Source: Terriglobia bacterium | Lineage (GTDB): Bacteria; Acidobacteriota; Polarisedimenticolia; Polarisedimenticolales; JAIQFR01 | Direction of reading: 5' to 3' | Length of the DNA: 64,000 bases | Assembly (NCBI GenBank): GCA_963748015.1 | Contig: CAVVHE010000009.1 | Location: forward strand, 448,001-512,000 | Shown here: one piece after another, positions 9,059-18,556 of the stretch | How positions within the stretch are numbered: position 1 is the first letter of the stretch | Layout: each line of letters begins with the position of its first letter | Notes under the pieces: generated by a model | What the model was told of the DNA's origin: nothing | Databases searched by the model: none | What the model saw: only the letters and a program-made list of their open reading frames with translations | Made by a program: the position numbers and the translations under genes

Positions 9059-10678
9059 TCACTCGTAATGCTTCACCTCCGGCCAGAGGTCCTTGATCTT
9101 CACCTTCGGGCCGCGGACGATCCAGATCGGCATCCGGTTGCGCCAGGGCATGCACATCCCGCATTCGTGGATGCCCGCCGGCTCCACTTGCTCGAACAGC
9201 TCGCCGAGGCGGCGCTCGTCGTCGCCGAGGACGATCGCGACGTCCACCGGGCCGGGCGGCGGGCCCCAGAGGTAGTAGTTGTTCTGGCCGCAGTAGACCG
9301 GCGGGATCCCGCGCCCCCGGCCGAGCCACTCGAGCGCCCCGGCCGGGCCGTACTCTTGCGCGAACGCCACCGCGCGCTGCCGCTCTCCCGGCGTCAGCCT
9401 CGCCGCCGCCGCGGCGACGTCGTCCACGAGCCGCTCCCAGCCGAGGCGGTCGGCGAAGTACTGCGGGATCGGCGTGCGCTTCCCCTCGCCGCGCTCGAGC
9501 TGCGGCGTGCCGCCGATGAGCGTCATGTAGCGCGCGAGCGTCTCGGGAGGGAGGATCGGGAGCCCCATCGGCGCCAAAGCGAGCCCCCACGCCGCGAGCC
9601 ACGCCGGTACCGCCACGCGTGCCCATCTCCATCGAGGGGCACGTAACGCGGCGTCCAGCGCCGCGCCGCCCGCGGCGAAGAGGACCGGGTAGATCGCGGC
9701 GATCCGGTCCGGCCGGCTCTTCTGCCCCACGATCATCAGCGCGAGGAGCGCGACGAAGATCCAAGCGACGTGGCGCAGGGAGGCACCGTCGCGCCGCCGC
9801 CAGAGGAGGACGAGCCCCGCGAGCCAGACCGGCAAGGTGCCCGGGCTCGTGACCTGGAGCTGCTGGAACAGCACTCGCAGCGGGGGTGTCGGGACGTTCT
9901 TGTAGATGTCCGCGTTCCGGTAGAACTCGAGCGACGGCCAGCCGTGCGCCGCCTGCCAGATCACGTTCGGCAGCAGCAGCAGCGCGGCGATCGAAGCACC
10001 CAGCCACAGCCACCGGCCCGCGAGATGCCTCCGCGCCGGCGTCAGCACGAGCCCGACGGCGAGCCCCACGCCGAACAGCACGGTCGTGTGCTTGTTCTGG
10101 AGGCCGATCCCGGCGACGAGGCCGAAGAGGAGCCACAGGCGCGGCTCGCCGCGCAGCTCGATCTCGACGAGGATCGCGGCGAGGGCGAGCCAGACCAGCG
10201 GCTCGAAGGCGTTCATCGAGTAGAAGGTGAACAGGACGCCGAAGATCGGCGCCGCCAGGAGGGCCCCGCCGGCGAGCGCCTGCCCGAGCGGTCCCGCGCC
10301 GAGGCGCCGCGCGAGGCGGGCCGCGAGCCAGACCGTGAGCCCGCCCGCGAGCGCGGCGGGGATTCGCAGGGCCAGCCGGCCGTCTCCCAGCAGCGCGCGC
10401 GCGATGCGCAGGAGGAGGATGGACAGCGGCGGGTGGTCGACGTATCCCCAGTCGAGGCGGTTCGAGCACGCGACGTAGTACAGCTCGTCGATGAAGAACC
10501 CGTAGAACGGAGCGAGGGCCGCGCCCAGCCACACCGCGAACGCCGCGACGCCCGCGACCTCGGGCACACCGATGCGGCGCACGCTCGTCCCCGCCCCGCC
10601 GTCCCCCCACCTCATATCGGAATCATACCTCGCAACGCCGGGGCTTCGGCCGGGGGCGGGATCGCTCTCGGCGGCCAT
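9059..10678 (-). CDS. Glycosyltransferase family 39 (ArnT/PMT-like) membrane protein
   Basis: DELYY...LDWGYVDHPPL motif, multiple TM helices, GLQNKHT; start uncertain. Confidence 0.85.
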   Translation of the reverse strand: MAAESDPAPGRSPGVARYDSDMRWGDGGAGTSVRRIGVPEVAGVAAFAVWLGAALAPFYGFFIDELYYVACSNRLDWGYVDHPPLSILLLRIARALLGDGRLALRIPAALAGGLTVWLAARLARRLGAGPLGQALAGGALLAAPIFGVLFTFYSMNAFEPLVWLALAAILVEIELRGEPRLWLLFGLVAGIGLQNKHTTVLFGVGLAVGLVLTPARRHLAGRWLWLGASIAALLLLPNVIWQAAHGWPSLEFYRNADIYKNVPTPPLRVLFQQLQVTSPGTLPVWLAGLVLLWRRRDGASLRHVAWIFVALLALMIVGQKSRPDRIAAIYPVLFAAGGAALDAALRAPRWRWARVAVPAWLAAWGLALAPMGLPILPPETLARYMTLIGGTPQLERGEGKRTPIPQYFADRLGWERLVDDVAAAAARLTPGERQRAVAFAQEYGPAGALEWLGRGRGIPPVYCGQNNYYLWGPPPGPVDVAIVLGDDERRLGELFEQVEPAGIHECGMCMPWRNRMPIWIVRGPKVKIKDLWPEVKHYE

Positions 10679-10812
10679 GAACGCCGCCCACGAGCGATCC
10701 CGCCCCGGCCTTTCGGTCGAGCGAGCCGCATGCGGCTTCTCGCGCGGGGACCCGAGGATCGGCGGTCGTGCCCGTATAATCGCCGCGGGTCCGAACCGCG
10801 CGGGGGCGAGTC

Positions 10813-11613
10813 ATGAGCACACGGGGTGACGACGGCATCGTGGCGAGGGTGGAGCGTCTCGAGCGCGAGAACCGCCGGCTGAAGCGGGTCCTGCTGGTTG
10901 GAGCCGTCGTCGCAGCCGCCGGGCTGATGCTGGCGCCGAGCCCGCCCAAGAAGAAGCCCCTCGAGACGGTGAAGGCGCGCGAGGTGCAGATCTTGGACGA
11001 TCAGGGAAACGCCCGCATCTCGATGAAGCTCGAGGCGAACGGCGACCCGGTCCTCGCGCTGACGGGCACGAAGGGGAGCGGGGCGCGCCTCGCGCTGATC
11101 GGGGACCGGCCGGTGCTGGCGCTGAGCGACGAGACGCGCGTGCGAGCGTCTCTTGAGATCACGAAGGACGGCGCGGGGCTCGATCTCGAGGACGCGGAGG
11201 GGAAGCGCAGCGCCAGCATGCAGGCGGGCGGCACGCTCGGGTTCCTGCTCGAGGACACGGGCGTCGGCAGGGCCGAGGGAGGGCTGGTGATCGGCGCCAT
11301 CGGGCCGGCGGTGGTCCTCTCGACGCCCGACGAGGCGGGGGTGACGGAGGTGTTGCTGCAGGCGTCGCGGGGAAGCGAGCCTCTCATCACGGCGAGCAGG
11401 GGACTGGCTGCCGCGAAGCTCGACGTCACTCGCGACGGCGGCCCCAGCGTCACCCTCTCCGACGCCGAGGGGCGCGATCGCGCGGTGCTCGGCGTGACGA
11501 AGCTCCAGGTCGAGAGGAAGAAGCGGGGGAAGGTCGTCGAGAAACAGCGCACCGATCCGTCGTCGCTCGTCCTGTTCGACGCCGAGGAAACGGTGATCTG
11601 GCGCGCTCCGTAG
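10813..11613 (+). CDS. Hypothetical membrane-anchored protein
   Basis: N-terminal coiled coil (RVERLERENRRLK), one TM helix, repeated L.D..G..R beta units. Confidence 0.75.
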   Translation: MSTRGDDGIVARVERLERENRRLKRVLLVGAVVAAAGLMLAPSPPKKKPLETVKAREVQILDDQGNARISMKLEANGDPVLALTGTKGSGARLALIGDRPVLALSDETRVRASLEITKDGAGLDLEDAEGKRSASMQAGGTLGFLLEDTGVGRAEGGLVIGAIGPAVVLSTPDEAGVTEVLLQASRGSEPLITASRGLAAAKLDVTRDGGPSVTLSDAEGRDRAVLGVTKLQVERKKRGKVVEKQRTDPSSLVLFDAEETVIWRAP

Positions 11614-11625
11614 ACTTAGCGAGCG

Positions 11626-11821
11626 GCACGAGGGCCGATGGTGGGGTCGCCCACGACGGCCAGAAAAGGCCGTCTACGGGCGACCCCACCATCGGCCCTC
11701 GTGCGGGATCGCTTCGACCGCCGGAAAAGACCGACCAGGGGCAAGTCCAATAGCGGTCCTCGTGCGAGATCGCCCTCGGCGGCCAGAAGAGGCCGCCTAC
11801 GGGCGATCGTGCACGAGGACC
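11626..11821. repeat. Three tandem ~61-nt palindromic units (GTAG-REP-like)
   Basis: Hairpins 11626-11704 and 11755-11821 share the core G(A/G)CGGCC-AGAA(A/G)A-GGCCG(T/C)C-TAC; the middle copy is degenerate. Confidence 0.75.
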
Positions 11822-11832
11822 TTACGCGAGGC

Positions 11833-12852
11833 TCACGCCACTTCGGAGCCCCGGTTGCGCGAGAAGCGGCGCCGCATCAGGTACGAGGCCATGCGCGACT
11901 GGGTCGAGTCGCCCGCGCCGTGGCCGAGGTCCTCGGCGAGGCGGAACGCGCTGAGGTGCACGACGCGCCCGCTCTCGACGAGCGCCGCGCCGACGAGCCG
12001 CCTCCCCGAGATCCGCACGTCCTCTCCCATGGCGAGAGCCGGGAACGCCTCCATCCTAGCGTCGGCCAGCTCGTCCAGGAACGCGCGCGCCGCCTCGGAC
12101 GGCGGGACGGCGCTCGGCGCCTCCGCCGTCTCGACCGCGTCGAGGGCGTAGCTGCGGACGAGCTTGGCCATGAGGATGCCGAGCGTCTCGGGGTGGTCGA
12201 ACAGCTCCACCCCGGCGACGCGGCCGTCGAGCACGAACACCGCCCCCGCCTGCGCCTCCACGGGCCGCAGCGCGGCGACGTATCCCTCGAGATCGGCCGA
12301 CCTCTGGTGGTAGGCCTCCGCCATCGCGCTCGTCGGGCTCGAGACCCCCATCCTCGCGTGCTTCGCGTGGATGTCGCTCCAGATCGCGCCCTGGTCGGCG
12401 CGGCGCCCCTGCCCGCTCGACAGCGACGCGCTGACCTGCTCCACCTTGCGCGCGCGCCCCGAGTAGTAGATGAAGTCGGAGGAGCACTCGAACGCCCTCG
12501 AGCGCCCGGCCCACCGCCCCGCCTCGACGCACGAGACCGGGATGACGAGCGTCTTCCCTCCGGCGACCAGCAAAGTGAGGTTGAGGACGCGGTTCTGCTT
12601 CGCCCCCTTCAGCTCCTCGCCGTCCACGAGGAGCACCGGGTCGGACCCGTCGTTGGCGAACATCAGGTTGGGGACGCTTCCGGCTTCGCTGACCTCGGTG
12701 ACGCGCGCCGAGCCCGCCTTCAGCGCCTCCTCGAGCGTGCGGTACCCCCTCTCCCCCGGCGGCTTCCCGATGAGGGGGAAGACGGTCAGGTTGCGGTGGG
12801 TGACCGCGGGTCCGATGGTGAACGACCGAATCGCCTCACGAAGGGTCTCCAT
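11833..12852 (-). CDS. ARPP-1/DUF6569-family protein
   Basis: NLTVFPL, GEELKGAKQNRVLN, IPVSCVEAGRW, SYALDA motifs. Confidence 0.8.
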   Translation of the reverse strand: METLREAIRSFTIGPAVTHRNLTVFPLIGKPPGERGYRTLEEALKAGSARVTEVSEAGSVPNLMFANDGSDPVLLVDGEELKGAKQNRVLNLTLLVAGGKTLVIPVSCVEAGRWAGRSRAFECSSDFIYYSGRARKVEQVSASLSSGQGRRADQGAIWSDIHAKHARMGVSSPTSAMAEAYHQRSADLEGYVAALRPVEAQAGAVFVLDGRVAGVELFDHPETLGILMAKLVRSYALDAVETAEAPSAVPPSEAARAFLDELADARMEAFPALAMGEDVRISGRRLVGAALVESGRVVHLSAFRLAEDLGHGAGDSTQSRMASYLMRRRFSRNRGSEVA

Positions 12853-12897
12853 ATCGAGCCTCCTCCTCGGGGCGGGATCTCCACAAAGGTGACCGAA

Positions 12898-13018
12898 TTA
12901 ACCCCGAGGTAAAAAGACCGGGAACACCACCGGCGGGCCCCAAGCGAAAAGCCGCCGAAAATGTTTGACTTTCGTCCCCCGTCGATGCAAATTTACAGTG
13001 GAGTTAAGAATGTGTCAA
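12898..13018 (-). promoter_or_regulatory. Promoter of the ARPP-1 gene with two TTAAC-N6-GTAAA boxes
   Basis: TTGACA (13018-13013)-N17-TAAATT (12995-12990); boxes at 12898-12913 and 12992-13007. Confidence 0.6.
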
Positions 13019-13070
13019 GTCGGCGCGGTCCTTTTTTTTACCGGTTAAGTCGACCGGATAGCCGCATACA

Positions 13071-14045
13071 ATGGCCCGGATGGACCCCGGTCAACCCAGA
13101 TCTCCTCGCAGGAGATCGTTCTCCGAGAGCAGCCTCCCGCTGCCCGAGCGAATTCGCCGCAGGCGCCTCTCGCTGAACCTCGCGGGACAGGAGCTGGCCG
13201 AGCGGGCGGGGGTGTCGCCGGCCTACATCTCGCTGATCGAGAAGGGCGTCAAGATCCCGAGCCAGGATGTCGCGGCGGCGATCGCGAAGGCGCTCAAGGA
13301 CGAGCCCGAGTTGTACCGCGCGTGGGCGCAGTCCGGGCGGACCGGGGACATGGAGACGGCCTGGGCGCAGCTGCACAACGCGCGGCGCTATTACCGGGAC
13401 GCGTCGCTGCGCCAAAGGCTGGCGAGCGGAGCGGATCTCCCGGAGAACGAACTGCCGCATGACGAATCCGCTCTCGAGAGCAACCGGCTCGAGGCCGAGC
13501 AGGACCGGGTAGAGCGAGTACGGATGGAGTCTGCGGACCGAGCCTTCCCGTCCACGGTTGGATCCTGGTTGGCCAAGGTCACCGGTATGCACGCGCGGCC
13601 GAGGCAGGAGACGGCACTCCTCGAGATCCCGGTGCTCGAGGACGGCGACGACCCCGGTCCCGGGCCGATCCATCCCGACGTCGTCGTGGACGTGCTGCGT
13701 CTCGACCCTCGACTCGTCGGCCGCGGCCTGCCCCTGCGTCCGTTCGCCTATCGCCTGGGCGAGGACACGATCGAGCGGGTGCGCGACCTGTTCCGGCCCG
13801 GGGACTGGGTCGTGCTCGACTCGCGCCCGGGAGAGTTGACCGCCGACCGGGTTCACGCGGTGCGGTTCATGGGCCGGGTCGTCCTGAGCCGCGTTCTCGC
13901 CAAGCGCGACTCGCTGCTGCTGCTCCCGAGCGAGGGGCGCAGCGACGTCCGCGTGCTGGACCTCGAGCCGGGAGAACTCGCGGACCGGTTCATCGTAGGA
14001 AATGTCGTGCTGACCGTCCGCGGGGAAGGCCCGCCGACCGACTGA
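13071..14045 (+). CDS. XRE-HTH repressor with C-terminal S24-like domain
   Basis: IRRRRLSLNLAGQELAERAGVSPAYISLIEKG HTH; C-terminal IPVL...FAYRL...PGDWVVLD...IVGNVV. Confidence 0.8.
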   Translation: MARMDPGQPRSPRRRSFSESSLPLPERIRRRRLSLNLAGQELAERAGVSPAYISLIEKGVKIPSQDVAAAIAKALKDEPELYRAWAQSGRTGDMETAWAQLHNARRYYRDASLRQRLASGADLPENELPHDESALESNRLEAEQDRVERVRMESADRAFPSTVGSWLAKVTGMHARPRQETALLEIPVLEDGDDPGPGPIHPDVVVDVLRLDPRLVGRGLPLRPFAYRLGEDTIERVRDLFRPGDWVVLDSRPGELTADRVHAVRFMGRVVLSRVLAKRDSLLLLPSEGRSDVRVLDLEPGELADRFIVGNVVLTVRGEGPPTD

Positions 14046-14068
14046 TCGCGGAAACGAGGAGGGGGAAG

Positions 14069-16141
14069 ATGCGAAGAGGAGCCGCCGTCGTCGCCGTTCT
14101 GCTGATGCTCGCGCCCGTCGCCGCCCTGGCGCAGGAGGCCGACCCGTACCTCTGGCTCGAGGAGGTGGACGGCGCCAAGGCCATCGCGTGGGTCAAGGAG
14201 CAGAACGCGAAGTCGCAGGCCGAGCTGCAGAAGGTCAAGGAGTACAAGGGCATCTTCGACAAGAGCCTCGAGATCTACGACTCGAAGGAGCGCATTCCCT
14301 CCCCCGACCTGATGGGGAAGTACGTCTACAACTTCTGGCAGGACAAGGTGCACGAGCGCGGGATCTGGCGCCGCACGACGGTCGCGTCGTATCGCGCGAA
14401 GGACCCCGCGTGGGAGACGGTCCTCGACCTCGACGCGCTGTCGAAGGCCGACAACGAGAAGTGGGTGTTCAAGGGAGCGGACTGCCTCGAGCCCGAGTAC
14501 AAGCGGTGCCTGATCGGCCTCTCGCGCGGCGGCGGCGACGCCGTCGTGACGCGCGAGTTCGACACCGAGGCGAAGGACTTCGTGAAGGGCGGCTTCACCC
14601 TCCCCGAGGCCAAGAGCAACGCGAGCTTCAAGGACCTCGACACGCTGTGGGTCGGGACCGACTTCGGCGCCGGCTCCCTGACCGCCTCCGGCTACCCGCG
14701 GATCGTCAAGCTGTGGAAGCGCGGCACGCCGCTTGCCGAAGCGCGCACGGTGTTCGAGGGGAAGAAGGAGGACGTCAACTCGCGCGGCGGCACCACGTTC
14801 ACCCCCGAGGGGCGCTACGACGTCGTCACGCAGACCCCCACGTTCTTCACCACGCGGGTCTTCCTGATGCTCGACAACCGCCTGGTGCGCCTGCCGATTC
14901 CCGAGGACGCCACGCTGCGGGGCATGTTCCGCGACCACGTCCTGTTCTCGCTGCGCACCGACTGGAAGGCGGGCGGGACGGCGTACCGACAGGGCTCGCT
15001 GCTGGCCGCGAAGCTCGACGACCTCCTCCAGAACCGCGAGGCCTTCACGGTCGTCTTCGAGCCGACCGACCGCGTGTCGCTGGGCGGGGTCGCGCGGACC
15101 AAGAACCTGATGCTGATGTCCACCCTCGACAACGTGCGCGGCAAGCTCTACCGCCTGACGCTGGACGGCGGCGCGTGGAAGAAGGAGGAGCTCCCTCTGC
15201 CCGGAGACGGCACCGTGCGCGTCGCCTCCACGAGCGACGAGACCGACCTGTTCTTCTTCGGCTACCAGGACTTCCTGACGCCGTCCTCGCTGTTCCTGGT
15301 GGACGGCGGCAAGTCCGAGATGGTGAAGTCGCTGCCGGCGTTCTTCAAGACGGAGGGGATGCGCACCGAGCAGTACGAGGCGACGTCGAAGGACGGCACC
15401 AAGATCCCGTACTTCGTCGTGCTCCCCAAGTCGTTCAAGGCCGACGGCAACGCCCCTACCCTGCTGTACGCGTACGGCGGCTTCGAGGCGCCCTCTCTGC
15501 CGAACTACAACGGCGCCCGCGGCGCGGCGTGGCAGGAGCGCGGCGGCGTCTTCGTCCTGGCCAACATCCGGGGCGGCGGCGAGTTCGGCCCGCGCTGGCA
15601 CCTGGCCGCGATGAAGGAGAACCGGATCAAGACCCACGAGGACTTCGTCGCGGTGGCCGAGGACCTGATCGCGCGCAAGATCACGACGCCGCGCCATCTC
15701 GGGATCATGGGCGGCTCGAACGGCGGCCTCCTCGTCGGCACCGCGTTCACGCTGCGCCCCGACCTCTTCGGCGCGGTCGTCTGCCAGGTGCCGCTCCTCG
15801 ACATGAAGCGCTACTCGCACCTGCTCGCCGGCGCGAGCTGGGTCGGCGAGTACGGCGACCCCGACAAGCCCGAGGACTGGGCCTACATGCAGACCTGGTC
15901 GCCCTACCAGGTCGTCAAGAAGGGCGAGAAGTACCCGAGGGTGTTCTTCTGGACGACCACGCGCGACGACCGCGTCCACCCCGGCCACGCCCGCAAGATG
16001 GTCGCGAAGATGGAGGGGATGGGCTACCCCGTCCTCTACTTCGAGAACATCGAGGGCGGCCACGGCAGCGGCGCCGTGAACACCCAGCGCGCGACCACGA
16101 CCGCGCTCGAGTACAGCTATCTGTGGATGATGTTGAGGTAG
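14069..16141 (+). CDS. Prolyl oligopeptidase (S9A)
   Basis: Signal peptide, DPYLWLEE, YGGF, NIRGGGEFG, GGSNGGLL, DDRVHP, GGHG. Confidence 0.95.
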   Translation: MRRGAAVVAVLLMLAPVAALAQEADPYLWLEEVDGAKAIAWVKEQNAKSQAELQKVKEYKGIFDKSLEIYDSKERIPSPDLMGKYVYNFWQDKVHERGIWRRTTVASYRAKDPAWETVLDLDALSKADNEKWVFKGADCLEPEYKRCLIGLSRGGGDAVVTREFDTEAKDFVKGGFTLPEAKSNASFKDLDTLWVGTDFGAGSLTASGYPRIVKLWKRGTPLAEARTVFEGKKEDVNSRGGTTFTPEGRYDVVTQTPTFFTTRVFLMLDNRLVRLPIPEDATLRGMFRDHVLFSLRTDWKAGGTAYRQGSLLAAKLDDLLQNREAFTVVFEPTDRVSLGGVARTKNLMLMSTLDNVRGKLYRLTLDGGAWKKEELPLPGDGTVRVASTSDETDLFFFGYQDFLTPSSLFLVDGGKSEMVKSLPAFFKTEGMRTEQYEATSKDGTKIPYFVVLPKSFKADGNAPTLLYAYGGFEAPSLPNYNGARGAAWQERGGVFVLANIRGGGEFGPRWHLAAMKENRIKTHEDFVAVAEDLIARKITTPRHLGIMGGSNGGLLVGTAFTLRPDLFGAVVCQVPLLDMKRYSHLLAGASWVGEYGDPDKPEDWAYMQTWSPYQVVKKGEKYPRVFFWTTTRDDRVHPGHARKMVAKMEGMGYPVLYFENIEGGHGSGAVNTQRATTTALEYSYLWMMLR

Positions 16142-16332
16142 GGGAGAGGCGGCCCGGTCCCTGGCGGGTCGGGCCGCGCCGCGTTCCATCCGCTCGATAG
16201 ACGGCCGCGCTCACCGGCCGGGGTTCCCTCCGCGCAACCCGGATGTGTGCGCCGACTGGTCGCGTTCGGGCGTTTCCGTCGATATTCGATCTCCGTGGCG
16301 CGCGAGGCCGCCGGGGCCTCCCGGCGGCGGTG

Positions 16333-16369
16333 TTGACGGAGGGACGCGACGTGAGTACATTGTGCTTAC
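16333..16369 (+). promoter_or_regulatory. TA operon promoter with palindromic operator
   Basis: TTGACG (16333)-N17-TACATT (16356), overlapped by the imperfect palindrome GTGAGTACA-T-TGTGCTTAC. Confidence 0.7.
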
Positions 16370-16386
16370 ACCCGGAGACAGGATCC

Positions 16387-16638
16387 ATGAGGGCGCGTCT
16401 CGTCCGCATCGGAAACTCGCGAGGCGTCCGGCTCCCCAAGCCGGTGATCGAAGAGGCTGGGCTCTCGGAGGACGTGGAGATCCGCGTGAAGGACGGCGCG
16501 GTGGTCATCACGCCGGCCGCCCGCCCGCGCGCCGGCTGGGCCGACGCCGCCCGGCGGGCTCGCTCGCGTGAGGACGATCTCCCGCTCGAGGCTCCGACCC
16601 CGACCCGGTTCGACGACGAGGAATGGCGGTGGAGGTAG
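16387..16638 (+). CDS. mazE: AbrB/MazE-family antitoxin
   Basis: RIGNSRGVRLPK motif, acidic C-terminus FDDEEW. Confidence 0.9.
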   Translation: MRARLVRIGNSRGVRLPKPVIEEAGLSEDVEIRVKDGAVVITPAARPRAGWADAARRARSREDDLPLEAPTPTRFDDEEWRWR

Positions 16639-16964
16639 GAACGGGCGTCCGCCGCGGCGAGGTGTTCCTCGTGAACCTCGCTCCCGCCCGCGGCGGCGAG
16701 ATCCGCAAGGCGCGGCCGTGCGTGGTCGTGTCCCCCGACGAGCTGAACGCCCACCTGCGCACGTTCCTCGTCGCCCCGATGACGACGGGCGGCCACCCTT
16801 ATCCGTTCAGGATCTCGTGCCGCTTCCAGGGGAAGGCCGGCGCCGTCGTCCTCGACCAGCTCCGCGCCGTGGACCGGGAGAGGCTGGCCAGGCGCCTCGG
16901 GAGGATCTCGCCCTCGACCCTCGCGCGGGCGCTCGCCGTGCTTCAGGAGATGTTCGCTCCCTAG
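16623..16964 (+). CDS. mazF: PemK/MazF endoribonuclease toxin
   Basis: RGEVFLVNL.P..GGEIRKARPCVVVSPDELN, DQLRAVDRERL. Confidence 0.92.
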   Translation: MAVEVGTGVRRGEVFLVNLAPARGGEIRKARPCVVVSPDELNAHLRTFLVAPMTTGGHPYPFRISCRFQGKAGAVVLDQLRAVDRERLARRLGRISPSTLARALAVLQEMFAP

Positions 16965-17034
16965 TCCGACGGCGAGCCCCGCCTCGAGGAGGTCCGCCGG
17001 CGGCTCGATCCTGCCGTGAACCCGGAGGTCGCCC

Positions 17035-17790
17035 ATGAGTGACGAAGCGAGCGCGCAGCGTCGATCGGGACGGACGCGAGCGATCCAATCCCTTCGCCGA
17101 ATCGTCAGGCTCTTCCGGAACAAGACGAAGCCCCACTACCCGAGGCTTCATCGCTGGCGGCGCGTGAGCGACGACGACGTCTGGAACCTCGTGATCGGCC
17201 AGGTGAGCGTGGTCGGAAGCGCCGCGTCCGGAGAGCGGCTGCTGTCGTCGAGGACGGCGATGAGCGCGCTCCGGTACCGGCGGCTCCTCCGGCTGAACGC
17301 CGCGGCGCGCACGCGCGAGATCCACCGCTTGCTCCGCGCCCACGGCGTGCGCTACGTGACCCTCGAGCCGGCGAAGTGCGCAAAGACCCGAGCCCTGGTC
17401 CGGAATTTCGCGCTCCTCGAGGAATACCCGGGCGGGCCGGCCGGTTACATCCGCCATCTAGCGGCCCTGCCCGGCGAGGAAGACCGTATCGCCCGCGTCT
17501 CGAAGGACCTCGCCTTCATCAAGCTCAAGGGCTCCCGCGACTTCCTGGCCGAGCTCGGTCTCGCGACGGACGTCATCGCGTTCGACGTCCGCGTGCTGGG
17601 GATCCTCCGGGCGCTGGGGTTGAAGCTCGCGCCGAACACGACGTCCAGCCGCAAGAGCTACGAGCGGCTGCAGGCGATGCTGCTGCGCGAGGTGTGCGCG
17701 CCCGAGGGCGTCACCGGCGTGGTCCTGGACCGCATCCTGTTCTGGAACGCGGCCGAGATTCATCGGGCGATCGAGCGCGGGGCGCTTTAG
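17035..17790 (+). CDS. HhH N-glycosylase/AP-lyase-like protein (OGG2-like)
   Basis: IKLKGSRDFLAELG...IAFDVRVL and YERLQ...LDRILFW resemble the OGG2 HhH Lys/Asp region. Confidence 0.55.
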   Translation: MSDEASAQRRSGRTRAIQSLRRIVRLFRNKTKPHYPRLHRWRRVSDDDVWNLVIGQVSVVGSAASGERLLSSRTAMSALRYRRLLRLNAAARTREIHRLLRAHGVRYVTLEPAKCAKTRALVRNFALLEEYPGGPAGYIRHLAALPGEEDRIARVSKDLAFIKLKGSRDFLAELGLATDVIAFDVRVLGILRALGLKLAPNTTSSRKSYERLQAMLLREVCAPEGVTGVVLDRILFWNAAEIHRAIERGAL

Positions 17791-17791
17791 G

Positions 17792-17881
17792 AAAACCCGG
17801 TACCTCGCCGGCAAACGCGGGGACGACTTGGCGCCGGGCACGCTCAAGAGTATCTTCAGGCGCACGAGGCTGAAGCCGTGA
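17792..17881 (+). pseudogene. hicA: hicA toxin C-terminal remnant
   Basis: LAGKRGDDLAPGTLKSIFRRTRLKP* matches the HicA C-terminus; GTGA overlap with hicB; N-terminus with GSH motif absent. Confidence 0.75.
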
Positions 17882-18090
17882 GATACCTCATCGTCATCGA
17901 AAAGAGCAAGGCCGGGTTTTCGGCGTACTCGCCCGACCTACCAGGCTGCGTCGCGACGGGGTCCACCAAGACTCGGGCCGAGAGGGCGATGCGAGAGGCG
18001 ATCAAGTTCCACCTGGAAGGGCTTCGGGCCGAAGGGCGGAGGGTCCCATCTCCTCGAAGCTCCTCGGCCTACGTCGAGTTTCCAGCCTGA
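17878..18090 (+). CDS. hicB: HicB-family antitoxin
   Basis: YLIVIEK...FSAYSPDLPGCVATG...REAIKFHLEGL. Confidence 0.92.
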   Translation: MRYLIVIEKSKAGFSAYSPDLPGCVATGSTKTRAERAMREAIKFHLEGLRAEGRRVPSPRSSSAYVEFPA

Positions 18091-18151
18091 CCTTCGGGTG
18101 TATTGGCCTGGCCGCGAGCGCGGCCCGCTCACCGCGCCGATCCAGCGCGAA

Positions 18152-18556
18152 TCATGTCCCAGAGAATTCTCCGATCGAGACGGCGAGCTTCGGAAACGCG
18201 GCGAGGACCTCGGCGTCCGAGGTGACGAGCGGGACGCCGAGCTGCTCGGCGAGGGCCACGAACTCGCAGTCGTAGGCCGAGCACCGGGACGCCGCGGCGA
18301 GTGCGAGCACACGCTCGGACTCGACGAGGTACTCCGACCCCGCGAGAAGCGTCTCGGCCTCCCGCATCACGAGAAGAGCGTCCGCGAGGGCCAGCCGCTT
18401 GCGCCTGAGGTGCGCGGCGAGCACGCTGCGAAACTCGCTGCGCCAAAGCAGGGGCGCCGCCCACGCGGGGTCCTTCAGGAACGCCGCGCGCGCCTGGGGG
18501 GTCGCGTCGCCGCCCAGCAGCAGGTACGCGAGGGCGTTAGTGTCCACGACGATCAC
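18152..18556 (-). CDS. vapC: VapC PIN-domain toxin
   Basis: IVVDTN, SEF, SAYDCEFVALA, LVTSD PIN motifs. Confidence 0.9.
   Translation of the reverse strand: MIVVDTNALAYLLLGGDATPQARAAFLKDPAWAAPLLWRSEFRSVLAAHLRRKRLALADALLVMREAETLLAGSEYLVESERVLALAAASRCSAYDCEFVALAEQLGVPLVTSDAEVLAAFPKLAVSIGEFSGT

Noticed and set aside
11626..11821. CRISPR-like periodicity of about 61 nt
   Set aside because: Whole units are similar with no unique spacers, only three copies, and no cas genes
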